A stretch of DNA of 64,000 nucleotides from Marsupella aquatica (lineage: Eukaryota > Plantae > Marchantiophyta), in contig OZ316898.1 in assembly GCA_973895155.1 (NCBI GenBank), forward strand, positions 10,258,286-10,322,285, written 5' to 3'. A model generated the notes under the pieces. That model ran no database searches. It was not told where the DNA came from and was given only the letters and a program-made list of their open reading frames with translations. A program made the position numbers and the translations under genes. Positions 22,090 to 35,091 of the stretch are shown piece after piece (the stretch's first letter is position 1; each line of letters starts with the position of its first letter).

Positions 22090-22325
22090 CTACTCACAAA
22101 TAGAGTTCAAAATTTTGAATAATTGTTACCAAAACAGGTACGCCTACGCTCCACTATGGAGACTAAGTCATATGAGTTACAGGGTCATGAACGTAGATTT
22201 AGATTGCTGACCATTATAGTGTTGCCATCTCTACAATACTCACAGGTAGAATTTAAAATTTAGAACAATTGTTACCAAAACATGTAAGCCTATGCTTTAC
22301 TCAATATACTAAATCATACGAGTTT
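22090..22325 (+). repeat. ~147-bp tandem-unit repeat family, with a second locus at ~28259-28485
   Basis: tactca..agtagaa...ttgttaccaaaacag...cctacgct.cact...actaagtcata units occur twice here and twice near 28.3-28.5 kb. Confidence 0.7.
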
Positions 22326-22490
22326 GACTGCGGCCCGATCTACTTCTATAATTGAACTTTCGTATGCTTACAAAATTGGAAATTGAGGGAACCAACCTGA
22401 TCAAGCCATAGATTTTAATTTAAGATTGTTGCATTTTATTGGATTGATTGACCAGAAGTATTAATTGATACACTTCTTTTTATAGTAGAA

Positions 22491-23060
22491 CTAGCTCAAT
22501 ACCCGTGCGATGCACAAAGAAGTTGTGTTGGCCAAGATGTCGTTGAGAAAAAATGATGCCGCGTCAGCCAAGAGGTCATGGAGAGAAAGGATATTGTGTC
22601 GCCCAAGAGGTTGTTGAGAAAAAAGATGTCGTGTCGCCCAAGAGATCGTTGAGAGTAAAGATGTCGTGTCACCCAAGAGGTCGTTGAGAGCAAAGAAGTT
22701 GTGTTTCTCAAGATATAGATGAGAAAAAAAGATGTTGTGTCGATCAGCCGGCCAAGAGGTTGTTGAAAGAAAATATGTCGTGTCGGCCAAGAAGTGTGTC
22801 ACCCAAAAGGTCATTGAGAGAAAAGAAGTCGTTCAGGAAAAAAGATGTTGTGTTGGCCAAGAAGTCATTAAGAAAAAAAATTGTCATGTCAGCCGAGATG
22901 TTGTTGAGAAAAAAGATGTCGTGTTGTGGCGATCACTCTATAAATTGGCGCAACGTTATATTATTGGTTTCAGGTTTAGTGTTTTAGGATTTAGGGTTTA
23001 GCAAAGATGACCATTATGTCGGTATCCTTTCAATCCCCGTGCGTTGCATAATAGATGTTA
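22491..23060 (-). mobile_element. Helitron 3' terminus with an adjacent ~34-bp minisatellite
   Basis: The minus strand reads tgtgcatcgcacgggtattgagCTAG|T, a gtgc..gcac hairpin about 10 nt before CTAG. It adjoins roughly a dozen degenerate gtgtcgcccaagaggtcgttgagaaaaaaagatgtc units (22515-22925). A second hairpin-like ccccgtgcgttgca is at ~23035. The 5' end was not located. Confidence 0.65.
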
Positions 23061-25052
23061 AGAAATAGATCGTGGTGCAAAAGATATTGTTGAATAAATA
23101 TTATGATTGTTAAAATACATTATTGCACAAAAACTTTTGTTGAGTGAAAGATATCATTGTGCAAAATAGTGGCTACGGCAGCCACAAAAGTTCCCTTTTA
23201 TTTTTTAATTTTTTCTCCTTGCACAAAAACATTATTGAATAAAAGATGTCATTGCACAAAAGACCGGCTATGACAACCACAAAAGTATAACAAAATGAGA
23301 GGTGTTTTTTTCTTTTTTTTCTCTTATGTTCCTTTTAAACTTACCTTAACCTCCCCCTTTTCCCCATTTTCCTATTTTTGGTCTCCTCTTTTTCACATTC
23401 ACCATCACTCCACCCATTTGCCGCCCCCCTCCCCACCCATGTGAGATCGAGGGGCTACACTACATTGCCAGTGTGCCCCTCGCCCAACACCTTGCAATCA
23501 ATGCCCATGCATCCCATGCGCTTCAGTGGTGGACATTGCCACCCAACGGTCTCACCAATCCCAACACCCACGCCTAAGTGCCCTTGGTGCCCAAGCGCCT
23601 CCACGGAATACCTCGAGCAAGCAACCTAGTGCCCCTTGCACCACCAGCGGCCCCTCCCATACAAAGTCGCACTTGCTCTCCAACATGACCGCTACTCAAC
23701 GGTCCTCACTATTTGTACAAGCAACCAAACATCTCGGTAAGTCACCCTTCATGATCTAGATCTCCCAAGTCTAGCATCCTAAGTCAAGCTCAACAGACAT
23801 TGGTAAGTAGGTCAGCGATGGGTCCTCCCAATGCCTTAAGCCAAAACTAGAACCGACACCCACTGTAGGTCTAGAACAACTCCTTCCTTGGGCGCAGCCC
23901 GGGATCCCCCTTGTACCTATCCATCACCAACTAACCGCCCTGCCCCCAGGACATGCTCATGGCCCAAATAGCATAGCTTGTCCCGAAGCTCCCAAGCTTG
24001 TTCCTACATGCCGGGACCAAAATGGCCCCGACATTAGCAACCAATTCCCAGTTCTCGCCCCACTGATGGTCTAGGAGCCAAGTGCCCTTGGAACTAAACC
24101 TCCACGCCTACTTGGCCCTACCTCCCCAACGCAAGCTCCCTTGAGAGACTGAATGCGGCTTGGCTGCTGTTTCAACAGGATTTGGCAAGCGGGCGAGATA
24201 GCACCCGCAAACCTCAAGAACCTATGGCACCCCAGGCCCAGCTGAGCTCAGGAGGATGTAGCCCTGATATCTTTCCAACGCACCCAAGAAGTCCACCAAC
24301 GGACTTCTCGTTGGAAAGTTATCATCGTTTCCGTTTGATATTTTCCCTTAGTGTCGCGACCGCTGTAGCTCACGACTTCGGCTCGCCCTTAGCCCCCAGG
24401 GAGACACCACTCCACTCATATATGTTTCTGGAGACCTGCCACCCCCAAACCAACTTTGGTTCTCAAACTTTTGGTCCCCAACCCGGACCCTATCCCGCAT
24501 GTCTGGGCGCCCCACCAACTGACAACGCCCATAACTTCTAGTTAGGTGTCCGCAAGCGGAGTGCCTTAGCCCATTGTGATCTGGCTGACCTAGTGCTCAT
24601 ACCTAGGCCCTCAGATCTCATGGCCGCCCAGGGCCCCTGATCGGCCAAACTTGGATCGGGCCATAACTCAAGAGGAGCTCTCACTCAAGCCCTCAGAACT
24701 CAAAGTTCGTTCGGAGGTCCGGACGGTTGACCTTGAGCCCAGCCCTTTTCCCCTTGACCTGACCAGCTCTCAACTAGTCTAAGTCCTTAGTGTGTGTCAC
24801 CAGCTTGGCGTCTTGCCTTCGCCCATGCCACGTCTCATTGCCCACAATTAGTCTCCCAATGCTAAGTCCTCCCCGGATGGCCTATCCGGGCCTGGATCAT
24901 AAGGGAGCTTGGTGTCAGAGTCAGCAACGCCGGAGCTAAGTGTTAACTAAGGTAGTCGAGTTCCACAACTGCTTCACTGTCTTTGGGCCTAGCTTATTAC
25001 TTTTGTTTTTTGGCTTTGAAAATGACACTACAAATGACTCTAAATATCACCA

Positions 25053-25923
25053 CAATTAGTTCGTTGACCCCTTGGCTAATAAAATCAGGGGGAAAGAGTC
25101 GATCTGAGCCGTCTCCATTTCTTATCTCCGGAAATCTTGTCCGTCCATCATAATGGCCAATCTATGGCTCAAAAGAAAGATCTCAAATAGATCTATGGAT
25201 GTGTTCTGCCCGTTTTGCAAATGGGTTAATATTTTTCAAATGAAAATTAAACAAATATTTTTCAAATGAAAATTAAACAAATCCAAGCCTTCCTAGCCAT
25301 CGATTTTGTTGATTTTACGATCTTTGCTGTCCATTTTGTAATGCCTCTAGAAATCTTATTCATCCATGTTAGAAGGCGATCTAGGGTGCAAAAGAAAGAT
25401 CTCAATGAGATATACGACTGGGTATTTTTTGTTTTGAGAATGAGTAAATAGTTTTGAGTATAAAATTTGATGAACTTTCAAGATTCCAGCCATTCCTCCT
25501 CCCTGATCATGGGTTTCTATGTGCTCTTCCTAGCATTAATGGCCGTACAATACGAGAGGTCCTTACATACCGGGAGTTGGGGTTTAACAAGGAGGTTATC
25601 AAGTTAGTTATTAGTCATTATTTATTATATGAAAAATACTTTTTATAGATCTTTGAATTTAAGTTTTAAAGTTGAAAATGTAACTAAAACGGTTACATAG
25701 TGACAGTTTTAACCGTCTTGCTCTTTGCATTTCCAATGTTTTTACTTTTCTTTTTATGGCACGGCGTCCCAAAATTTACACCCAAATTGACACAAACACG
25801 AATGAAAACTATAAGTTTGACTCACAAAACCGACGAGTCTTGTTTGTTACGGTTGTTGTTGACGTGGCACGCTGTGGTGCCAGGAATTTTGGAAAGAACC
25901 TCTAGTGGGATCCGTAAATATTG
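25053..25923 (+). mobile_element. MITE-like non-autonomous element, copy A
   Basis: Collinear and highly similar to 45984-46829 over its whole length, with unrelated flanks. Imperfect TIRs (CAATTAGTTCGTTGACCCC and CAATATTTACGGATCCC). Extra ~27-bp internal tandem duplication at ~25230-25282. Confidence 0.8.
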
Positions 25924-26192
25924 GGAGAATAGGTTTTTTAGTAATCTAGTGACTAAAATATTATTAGCAATTAAACTACTCTTACCATGATTACACAAAA
26001 TTATGATGCACACAATATTGAATATGTACAATGAATATTACAATACAAACTTGCATGTGAGTATGTACAATACTTACTTGCATGGATGTTAGTATCCTCC
26101 TTGATCCTTGTGCATTGATCCTTGTACATTGTCTTAAAGATTTTTTTTTTTGTTTGTCTTGTGTGATTATTCCTGCTTGTCTTGGGCACTCA

Positions 26193-26552
26193 GGGCCACT
26201 TTCCAAGATGGGTGCGACAATTTTAAGTGCTTTCTACCAGGGCTGTAATAGAGCCCGACTTTTGGTGTATGGTAGGACTCTAGACCAATCCAAGGCAAGA
26301 ACCGTAGGAGAAAGTGGCCTGCCCATTTTCGCGCCTCCAGAGGTCCGATAGTCTAGCGCCCGGATGAGAGTCCCGAGCCGGCTGGTCCGAGCTGATCCAT
26401 ATTAGAATGTAGGTTTGGTCGTTCCCGCAGCTCAACTTGCCGCGCCAGTCTTCTAAAGCAAGGAGCGCCCGGGCAGGATGAAACAATGGTCGTAATTGAT
26501 TTGATCCTGAAAATTAGGGACTAAATGCCGCACCCGTCTTGTAAAGTGGCCC
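26193..26552. mobile_element. Tourist-like MITE (PIF/Harbinger superfamily), 360 bp
   Basis: 27-bp TIRs GGGCCACTTTCCAAGATGGGTGCGACA and GGGCCACTTTACAAGACGGGTGCGGCA (24/27 match); 3-bp TSD TCA at 26190-26192 and 26553-26555. Confidence 0.88.
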
Positions 26553-29042
26553 TCACACTAAACTCAATTCACACTTTGGCTTTATTGCTTACATTTGACC
26601 AGATTTTTTAATTTTGGTGCCTTGCAAATTTGAATGACGATCACTCTAAAAAGTGGCGCAAGTGTGTAATATAGTTCTTGATTCAGAGTACATGAGATGA
26701 TTCTTATGTGACATCACCCAAAATTTGCCTTTTTTCTATTAAAGTACACACCTTGGAAGGAGAATCTTTTGGGGCATGACAAACTTTTGTATTTTGGTAT
26801 AGGGGCATTAGAGCACTGAGAGGACCTTTCCCTAGTATGAGAGGACCTGGAAGTACGCACCTCTGGTATGTACCAGTATTTGTGCCAACGCTGGGTAGCC
26901 AAGTGTGGAGCAGATACTTAACCGCTGAAAGCATCTAAGTAGGAAGCGAGTATGATTATAGAAGAAAAATGTGTTAATTTTGCATTTTCTTCTGTTTATT
27001 TAATGGTGCCAAAGGTAAGAAAAAGGGGAAGGACTGGAGTGGCAAGGGAGTGAAAAACTTGGAAAAACACGGATAGAAATATTAAAATGTTCCCCTCCCA
27101 ATAGCATTGTGCAACAGCAACTTGACCCCGTAAAGACCTGAGGGACCATCATCTCTCTTGCACTCCCTTGCACCCTCCCAATCCTTGCTCTCCTCATAGT
27201 TTTCACAACAATAACAACATCTTTGTCCAAAATAAAATATAAATGCAAAAGCGAAGGCAACTGTTTTTACATTTTTTGAAAAATGGTCCCAAATTTTGTT
27301 TTTCCATCTATAGCTCCAAAATTCAAAGAATGCTCCTTGAATTAATGAATGCCAATAACTAAGATCAACCTCCTAACATTTTATCTCCACAAAACCCGCC
27401 TTGCTTGACATGCCCATCATCTCTATAAGTCTTGCTTGTGCTCTAATTCTTTCCCCAATCAGGAGCCCAACTCTTTCTTCAGGGTCCTCACTTCTTTTCT
27501 TTCGACCCATCATGCCTGAAGAAGTTAGGGGTTTCTTAATTCAATTGGGCGGAAGACTTAAAAAAATTGTTGAAGAAATGTGACTTGGGTGTTGTAATCC
27601 AATTTTGAGAATTATAAGAACTATAGGGGTTTTTTAATACCAAATGTGAGAATACTCCTAGAATATTCCATAAAGTCAGGGGTTGAAATTTACTAAAAAT
27701 TTACTTTATTTTTTTAAGTTTGAGGGTGTTTTTTTCCACTTAGAAAGCTTTGCACTTGATATGGGAACAAGTGAGGCCCCCAAGCTCTTTGCCCCCATCT
27801 GCATCTTTTGTCCCTAATTTTGTTCCATCTTTTGTATCATATATCAACAATAAAGATTTCTTGCCCAACTCTTATCCATGTATTCTCACCACCCATTTGA
27901 GCCCTAGTGTTTAATAGAAACAATGATAAATATGATCATGCATGATTATCATTTGCATTACTCTACATACTACTGTAAGTCATACGAGCCTGCATGCCCA
28001 TTCAATGTTACTAGAAACGATGATAAATATGATCATGCATGATTATTATTCTTTCTATCCATCCCCTTAACTTTCGGTGGGGCCTTAGGGAGTCATAATC
28101 TCTATTATAAACAATAATTTCATTAAATTATAAATTTCTATAATATTATCAGCCCCGCCAAACTGCAGAGATTATCTTTAAAAATTATCGGCCCCACCGT
28201 CTTTTGTATCATCAACAATAAAATTTCGGTGGGGCCTTAGGGAGTCATGGTCCATCTTTACTCAAAAGTAGAAATCTAAAATTTAAGAAAACTATTACCA
28301 AAACAGTTGTGCCTACGCTTCACTATGCAGACCAAGTCATATCACGGACTGAGTCATGAAGGTAGACTTAGATCGCTGATTATAGTGTAGACCAGATGAC
28401 TGTCTCTACTCCCAAGAAGGCTTTAGAATTAACAAGAAAATTGTTACCAAAACAGTTACGCTATTTAAGCAGACTAAGTCAAAGTAGCCTAAATGCTCAT
28501 TCCTTGAGTATTAGTAGAAATGATGACATCATATCTCATCCTTATTTTCATCCACATAAATTTTGGTGGGGCCCTAGAATCATGGTCTGGAGACCCCAAG
28601 TTAAATCTATGACTCCATAGAGAAGAAGCATTTGGCAAAAAATCAACCAAGACTCTATCAATCATGACTTTTAAACACTTAGACTCTCTTACCAAGCAAA
28701 CATGACTCCCTTGGAAAGAAGTGTTGCCAAAACATAAATCAAGTACAACTCCATAAAGAATAAGTATTTGACATAACATAACCAAGACTCTATCAATCAT
28801 GACTCTTAACCAAAGTACTAGGCTCCCTTGAACACTTAGACTTTGTTACAAAGCAAGTATGACTATGTTAGAAAGTATTGTTGCCAGAACATAAACCACG
28901 ACTCCACAAGGAAGAAGTCAATGACACAAAGTAGATCGGGCCGGAGCGCGCGACAAAAAGTGAAGGGTGCTAAAACATAAACCCGAAGTCAATGACACAA
29001 AGTTGATCGGGCCAGAGTGCATGACAAAATCGGGGACAAAAT

Positions 29043-29365
29043 TGTAAAGGTTAACTCAGTCTTGGGTTGAACTATGGTTAGTATGTTAACTAGGGTTAGA
29101 GTAAACCCTAGTTGAAGAGTTGGTCCTTATCTCTTCAACTTCTATGTGGTGTGAGAACACACAAGAGAGTTCTCAAGAGAGAACACAATGACATAGCAAG
29201 AGATGAGAGCTTGAAGAGATGGGAGCTATGGTGATGCTTGAGTACACACATAATCGTTAATAAAGCTTTGTATTCCCGTGGACGTAGCCAACCTAGAGGC
29301 GAACCACGTAACTATTGAGCACGTGTATGTTTGGAGTGTATTTCCTGATCTGATTTCTCCCCACA
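29043..29365 (+). repeat. 5' LTR
   Basis: TGTAAAGG...CCCCACA; matches the 3' LTR except at position 5. Confidence 0.97.
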
Positions 29366-29367
29366 AT

Positions 29368-29379
29368 TGGTATCGGAGC
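29368..29379 (+). promoter_or_regulatory. Primer-binding site (tRNA-iMet type)
   Basis: TGGTATCGGAGC 2 nt after the 5' LTR; one mismatch to the canonical TGGTATCAGAGC. Confidence 0.9.
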
Positions 29380-30536
29380 TCAGGTTTTTTCAGTCGATTA
29401 GGAACTCCATAGAACTTGCTTCAAGCAAAGCGAACAGCGGATGATTTCCTCTTCGAAGCGGAGCTATTGAAAGAAGATCGGACTCAATCTTCTCACAAGT
29501 GTGGAGCACACAACCAGGGGTTCATTTTAGTGAAGCAATGAAGGCCTGAGGTCAGAAACGGAAACAATTGTAAGTGACGGTTTTCAATCTACGTTATCGG
29601 GCAAGAGATAAGGTCAATTTCTCAGATCAGTCTTTTTGATTGTTCTATCGGGACTTGAAACTGAGATACGCTTGAGCGTCTTGTCTTTCTAGACGTTTCG
29701 ATATCAACATCGTTGTATTCCGTCAAACAGTTGAGAAGCAATCTTAATTTCAATTCTCGTTTTTTGAGCTTGAAATTTTGGCTATGGCGAATAACTTAAT
29801 ATAAGTCACTTTCACCAAACTGTTTCTCCCTCATTACTCCACCGTTTTGCGAGTTCTTTATATCGATCTTGATGCCCTCGAAGTCTAGTTTCTGAATCTG
29901 AAATCAGAATTGGATTTTGTCAAAAACTGAGACGGGAATTTGAGTGAATCCGCCGAGGGGTATTTTCTGCCGCGAGTAGTCGCGACTTGCGCGGGCGCGC
30001 GAGGAGGTCGAAAAGTTCGAGGAGGCCTTTCTAGGGCTCGACAGGGCTCGGGCAGGGGGAAGTGCCCCCTGTGAAGTCCCCCACAGGGGCTGTACAAGGG
30101 CGGACGGAATTTTCCGAAAAGATTCTTTTCCAGAGGCTTAAATTTTTACCGAAGGTCAAAGATTCCGAGCGGCAAATAAAATCGGATCAACTTCAACTTT
30201 TGGAGAGACGTACTTGGGGAAGCTAGGCAAGTATTGGTGCGTTCAATTCTGAAAAAGTACACAAGTGGAATCTTTGGCATAAGAGATTCCCTCGAGGGGT
30301 AATTATTTCATCTTTTACCCCCCTCCGGTCGGAGTAAAAATTCTCGGCACTCGAGAGTCCATTTGACAAACCGTTTTCAGAATTCGGAGCGTTACCTTGT
30401 GGGCTACACATAGGAGTGATCAGTTTCAAAATTCATCAACTTTCATTTTTGGCCTTAATTTCACACCCCACATCTGAGCATTCGACGTTTATTTCTTGTA
30501 AGAAGGCGACTCCACACTATATTTGGCATTCCAGCG

Positions 30537-33500
30537 ATGGCGACTACTAGGATTGGAGGTCAAAGGTTTGAGGTGGAAAAATTTGATGGTCGGATGGACT
30601 ATACAATGTGGGAACGTAACGTGAGGGATGCACTTAGGGCGATGGGCCTAGGCAAGGTACTAAGATCTCAACCCAAGGAGATGGAAGATGATGATTGGCA
30701 TGATCTCCAGGATCAAGCGGTAAGTATTGTTGGCATGTACCTGAAAAACAATGTGAAGAAGCAGTTCGAGGAAAAAGCAACACAAACAGTGACGGACTTG
30801 TTTCAAGCATTGCGCAACAATTAAGTACTACAAGAAGGAGATGTCAAACCGAATGTATGCAAGCCTGAAGCTCATGCAATTCAAAATGGCTGATGGAGTC
30901 AAGATTCAAGATCATATCGATCAGTTCAATGATCTTGTGGTTGACCTAGAGAATTTGGGGGAGCATTTGAGCGAAGAAAAGAAAGCCTTACAACTCTTGA
31001 GCTCACTACCACCTTCGTACCAATCTTTGTCTCGAGTTTTTCTATTCCGTGATAAGACAACTATATTGTACAATGATGTGGTGAGTGCACTGTTGACCGA
31101 TGACATGCAGTCTAAGCTGGTTTCTTCAGCTCATCCTACCTCAACCTCATCATCAACAGCACTGTTGGTAGAAAGAGGCAAATCAAGGGAGCCATCTCTG
31201 AAAACAAAAGGTTTAACCCACTTCCCATGGAGCAAGGAAGGTTCCACGACCGATCTTTTGGTAGGAGGAGGTTTAGATCCAGATCTAGATCTCGATCCAA
31301 ATCACCATCCAAGTCTACTCGTGAGATAAAGTGTTGGAAGTGTGACAAAGTAGGCCACATGAAGAAGGATTGTCGCGTCAAAGATACATTCAAGGAAGTT
31401 GCCGGTTCTTCAGCCCAAGTAGTTGTTCGAGAAGAGGATAGTGAAGGATTTGCATTGTGTACCACTTCCCAAGTTGAGGATTGTCAATGGATCTTGGATT
31501 CCGCTTGCTCGTATCACATGTGCTATATGCGTGAACTTTTCTCATCCTACACTCCTATCAACGGATCTGTTTTGATGGGAAATAATCATTCTGGCAAAGT
31601 TTTAGGGATTGGATCCGTAAAGATTCAACTACCCGATGGAAAGTACTGTACTCTATCAAATGTCAGACACATTCCAGAAATGTGTAAGAATTTGATTTCT
31701 CTTGGCTACTTGGATGCGAAGGGTTATCAATGGAGTGCAACTGATGGGGTGTTAACAGTCACACATGGATCAACTGAAGTTCTTATTGGCAAGAGGAAAA
31801 GAAACATCTATGTCTTGGAAGGCACCACACTTCTTGCCGAAGTCAATTTGGTCACATCTCAGGAGGAGAAAATCAATTTATGGCATGCTCGGCTTGGTCA
31901 CATGAGTGGAAAAAGTTTGGACATCCTACACAAGCGACATCTCCTACCAGGATTGCAAGCATGCAAGTTGAGTTTTTGTGATCATTGCATTGTCGGCAAG
32001 AAAACAAGAACTCCATTTCCGACTGCCATTCATCATTCTAAAGTTGTACTTGAGTATATTCATTCCGATGTGTGGGGTCCTGCTCTGGTTTCCTCACATT
32101 CAGGCAAACAATACTATGTATCGTTTATCGATGATTACTCAAGGTTTGTTTGGATTTATTTCATTGCCCATAAGTTTGAAGTGCTTTCCATCTTCAAACA
32201 ATGGGTAGCTCAAGTTGAGACACAGACTGCAAAGAATGTGAGATATTTACGATCAGATAATGGTGGTGAATACACCTCTGGCGAGTTCAACACGTATTGT
32301 GCAAATAAGGAAATTACTCACCATCTCACAACTGTGTACACTCCTGAGAAAAATGGTGTTGCTGAGCGACTCAACCGCACATTGTTGGAGCGAGCAAGGA
32401 GCATGTTGAGCCACTCTAAATTGCCACAAATCTTTTGGGCGGAAGCTGTCAACATAGCTGCTTATCTCGTAAATCTCTCTCCTAGTCGGGCAATTACTTA
32501 CAAAACCCCCTTTGAGCTATGGCACAATCGACCTGCTGATTATTCAAAGCTTAAGGTTTTTGGCTGTGAAGCATATGCACATGTTCCTAGCAATAATAGG
32601 ACTAAGCTAGATCCTAGAGCCCAGAAATGCATTTTTCTTGGTTATCAGCGTGAAGTTAAAGGGTATCGGTTGTGGGATCCAGTTGATTGCAAGTTACTTG
32701 TTAGTCGGGATGTATCCTTCAATGAAGAAAAATCATTGAAGGAGGGGGAGATAGATCAATTCCCTACTACTAACAAAGAGCAATCTCCTCCTCTAGAGGA
32801 TTTAAGGGGAGAGGATGTGTCAAATGAAGAATATGTTGACACTACTGTAAGGCAAAGCGCACTACAATCAGATCAGCCAGAGTCTTCAGTGCGAAGAGGA
32901 ACTCGAAAACGTCAAGCCCGGGAAAGGTATGGAACTTGGCTTCCTTCTGATCAAGTGGATTTGAATGAAGAATCTATTGATGCATTGGTGACAGAAGATG
33001 GAGATCCATCCTCATTTCGAGAGGTCCTAGCTTCTATGGAGAAGCAACAGTGGCAGGCGGTGATGCGCATGGAAATGAAATCACTTCATGATAACAAGAC
33101 TTGGGAACTCACAAGTCTACCTAGTGACAAGCAGGCTGTTGACAGCAAGTGGGTGTATAGGAAGAATGATGGACCCACAGAGGATGCTGAGAAGATATTT
33201 AAGGCTCGGTTGGTAGCCAAGGGTTTTACTCAACAGAAAGGTATAGACTACAATGAGGTTTTTTCACCCGTAGCAAAGTATTCAACAATACGTTTGCTAT
33301 GTGCTCTTGTAGTTTTATTTGATCTGGTTTTAGATCAAATGGATGTTGTCACGACATTCTTATATGGATCGTTGGATGAGGTGATTTACATGAGGCAACC
33401 AGAGGGTTTTGTGCAAAAGGGCAAGGAAAATTTGGTATGCAGGTTGCTAAAATCCTTGTATGGATTAAAGCAGAGCCCAAGGCAGTGGAACAAGCGTTTT

Positions 33501-34574
33501 GATGAATTTTTGAAATCGCTTGGATTTGTGCGAAGCGTGTACGATCCATGTGTTTACATAAGGCGTGTGAACAACACAGGTTTTAAGCTTGTCATCCTTG
33601 TACTTTATGTGGATGACATGCTCATTGCAGCACAGGATAGGGCCGAAGTTGATAAGCTTAAGTCCCAACTCAGTTCTGAGTTTAAGATGAAGGATTTGGG
33701 CACAGCCAAGAGGATCCTAGGCATGGAGATTGTCAGGGATGTTAACAAAGCCAAACTTTGGCTGACGCAGAAAAGATATGCAGAGAAGGTACTCTCAAAA
33801 TTCAACATGGCAGATGCTAAGGCTGTGAGTATTCCTTTGGCAAGGCATTTCAATATTTCTGCAGCATTTTGTCCATCGGATGCTATAGAAAAAAGTTTGA
33901 TGTCCAAAGTTCCTTATGAAAGTGCTGTGGGTAGTTTAATGTATCTCATGGTATGCACCCGACCAGACATAGCTTATGCTGTTAGCAAGGTAAGCAGATA
34001 CATGGCAAATCCAGGAAAAGTTCATTGGGAAGCAGTGAAATGGATTTTGCGCTACATCAGAGGTTCCACTAAGAAGGGTTTATTGTTTGATGCAAATTCA
34101 AACAATATGAAAGTGCTTCAAGGTTATGTGGATGCAGACTACGCAGGTGATCTGGATAAGAGGAGATCGACAACTGGATATGTATTTACACTTGCTGGTG
34201 GATGCATTAGTTGGAAGTCTACTCTCCAAAAGTGTGTTGCAAAGTCTACTATGGATGCCGAGTATGTAGCAGCAGCAGAAGCAGCATCAGAGACCATTTG
34301 GTTGAAAAAGCTTGTCACGGAGATGAGTTTATCACAGGAGTGTGTATATCTTCATTGTGACAGTCAAAGTGCAATTTACACTGCCAAGAATCAGGTGATG
34401 GATGGCAGGGTAAAGCACATTGATGTCCGCTATCATTTCATCCGACAGGCATTATCGGATGATGAATTTGAGCTTGTCAAGATTGATGGAAAGCTTAATC
34501 CAGCGGATGCTTTTACCAAAGTATTAGACTCCAATAGTTTTTCAAGGCATTGTAATTATTTACAAATATTGTAA
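30537..34574 (+). CDS. Copia gag-pol polyprotein with two frameshifts in gag; zinc knuckle and pol intact (31227-34574)
   Basis: Gag KFDGRMDYTMW; CCHC knuckle CWKCDKVGHMKKDC; protease WILDSACSYH; integrase WHARLGH..CDHC, HSDVWGP, RSDNGGEY, NGVAER; RT KARLVAKG, SLYGLKQSPRQW, YVDD; RNase H DAD, AEY, CDSQSA, ADAFTK. Frame breaks near 30820 and near 31195. Confidence 0.95.
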
Positions 34575-34757
34575 ATATAGAGTTAACCAAGAAAATATCT
34601 CTATATGAGTACTCCATCCGATGGCTTATCGGCTACGGCTTAGTTCTAGTTAACCCTTGCATTAGGGGGAGGGTCTTTTGGCCCTACTGTCTTGAACTTC
34701 CCGCGGAGGAACTTGTAAGGAAAAGACAATGTTATGAACCCTCCCAAGACGTGAGTC

Positions 34758-34766
34758 AAGGGGGAG
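34758..34766 (+). promoter_or_regulatory. Polypurine tract
   Basis: AAGGGGGAG 2 nt upstream of the 3' LTR. Confidence 0.9.
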
Positions 34767-34768
34767 TT

Positions 34769-35091
34769 TGTAGAGGTTAACTCAGTCTTGGGTTGAACTA
34801 TGGTTAGTATGTTAACTAGGGTTAGAGTAAACCCTAGTTGAAGAGTTGGTCCTTATCTCTTCAACTTCTATGTGGTGTGAGAACACACAAGAGAGTTCTC
34901 AAGAGAGAACACAATGACATAGCAAGAGATGAGAGCTTGAAGAGATGGGAGCTATGGTGATGCTTGAGTACACACATAATCGTTAATAAAGCTTTGTATT
35001 CCCGTGGACGTAGCCAACCTAGAGGCGAACCACGTAACTATTGAGCACGTGTATGTTTGGAGTGTATTTCCTGATCTGATTTCTCCCCACA
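34769..35091 (+). repeat. 3' LTR
   Basis: TGTAGAGG...CCCCACA followed by the TSD AAAAT. Confidence 0.97.

Larger units (their letters stand above)
29043..35091 (+). mobile_element. Full-length Ty1/copia LTR retrotransposon (6049 bp), recent insertion
   Basis: Two 323-bp TG...CA LTRs with one difference seen; TSD AAAAT (29038-29042 and 35092-35096); PBS and PPT present; gag-PR-IN-RT-RH domain order. Confidence 0.98.

Noticed and set aside
22515-22925. Regularly spaced ~34-bp repeats superficially like a CRISPR array, and K/V-rich ORFs over them
   Set aside because: The units are degenerate and contiguous, with no unique spacers and no cas genes. The context is eukaryotic and next to a Helitron end; the ORFs are repeat artefacts.
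23378-24960. C-rich segment with several short ORFs, possibly an LTR-retrotransposon remnant
   Set aside because: No recognisable gag/pol motif, LTR pair, PBS or TSD could be established by eye.
25266-25990. ORFs apparently conserved with 46359-46829
   Set aside because: The conservation reflects two copies of a non-coding MITE; the starts are non-ATG and no domain is recognisable.
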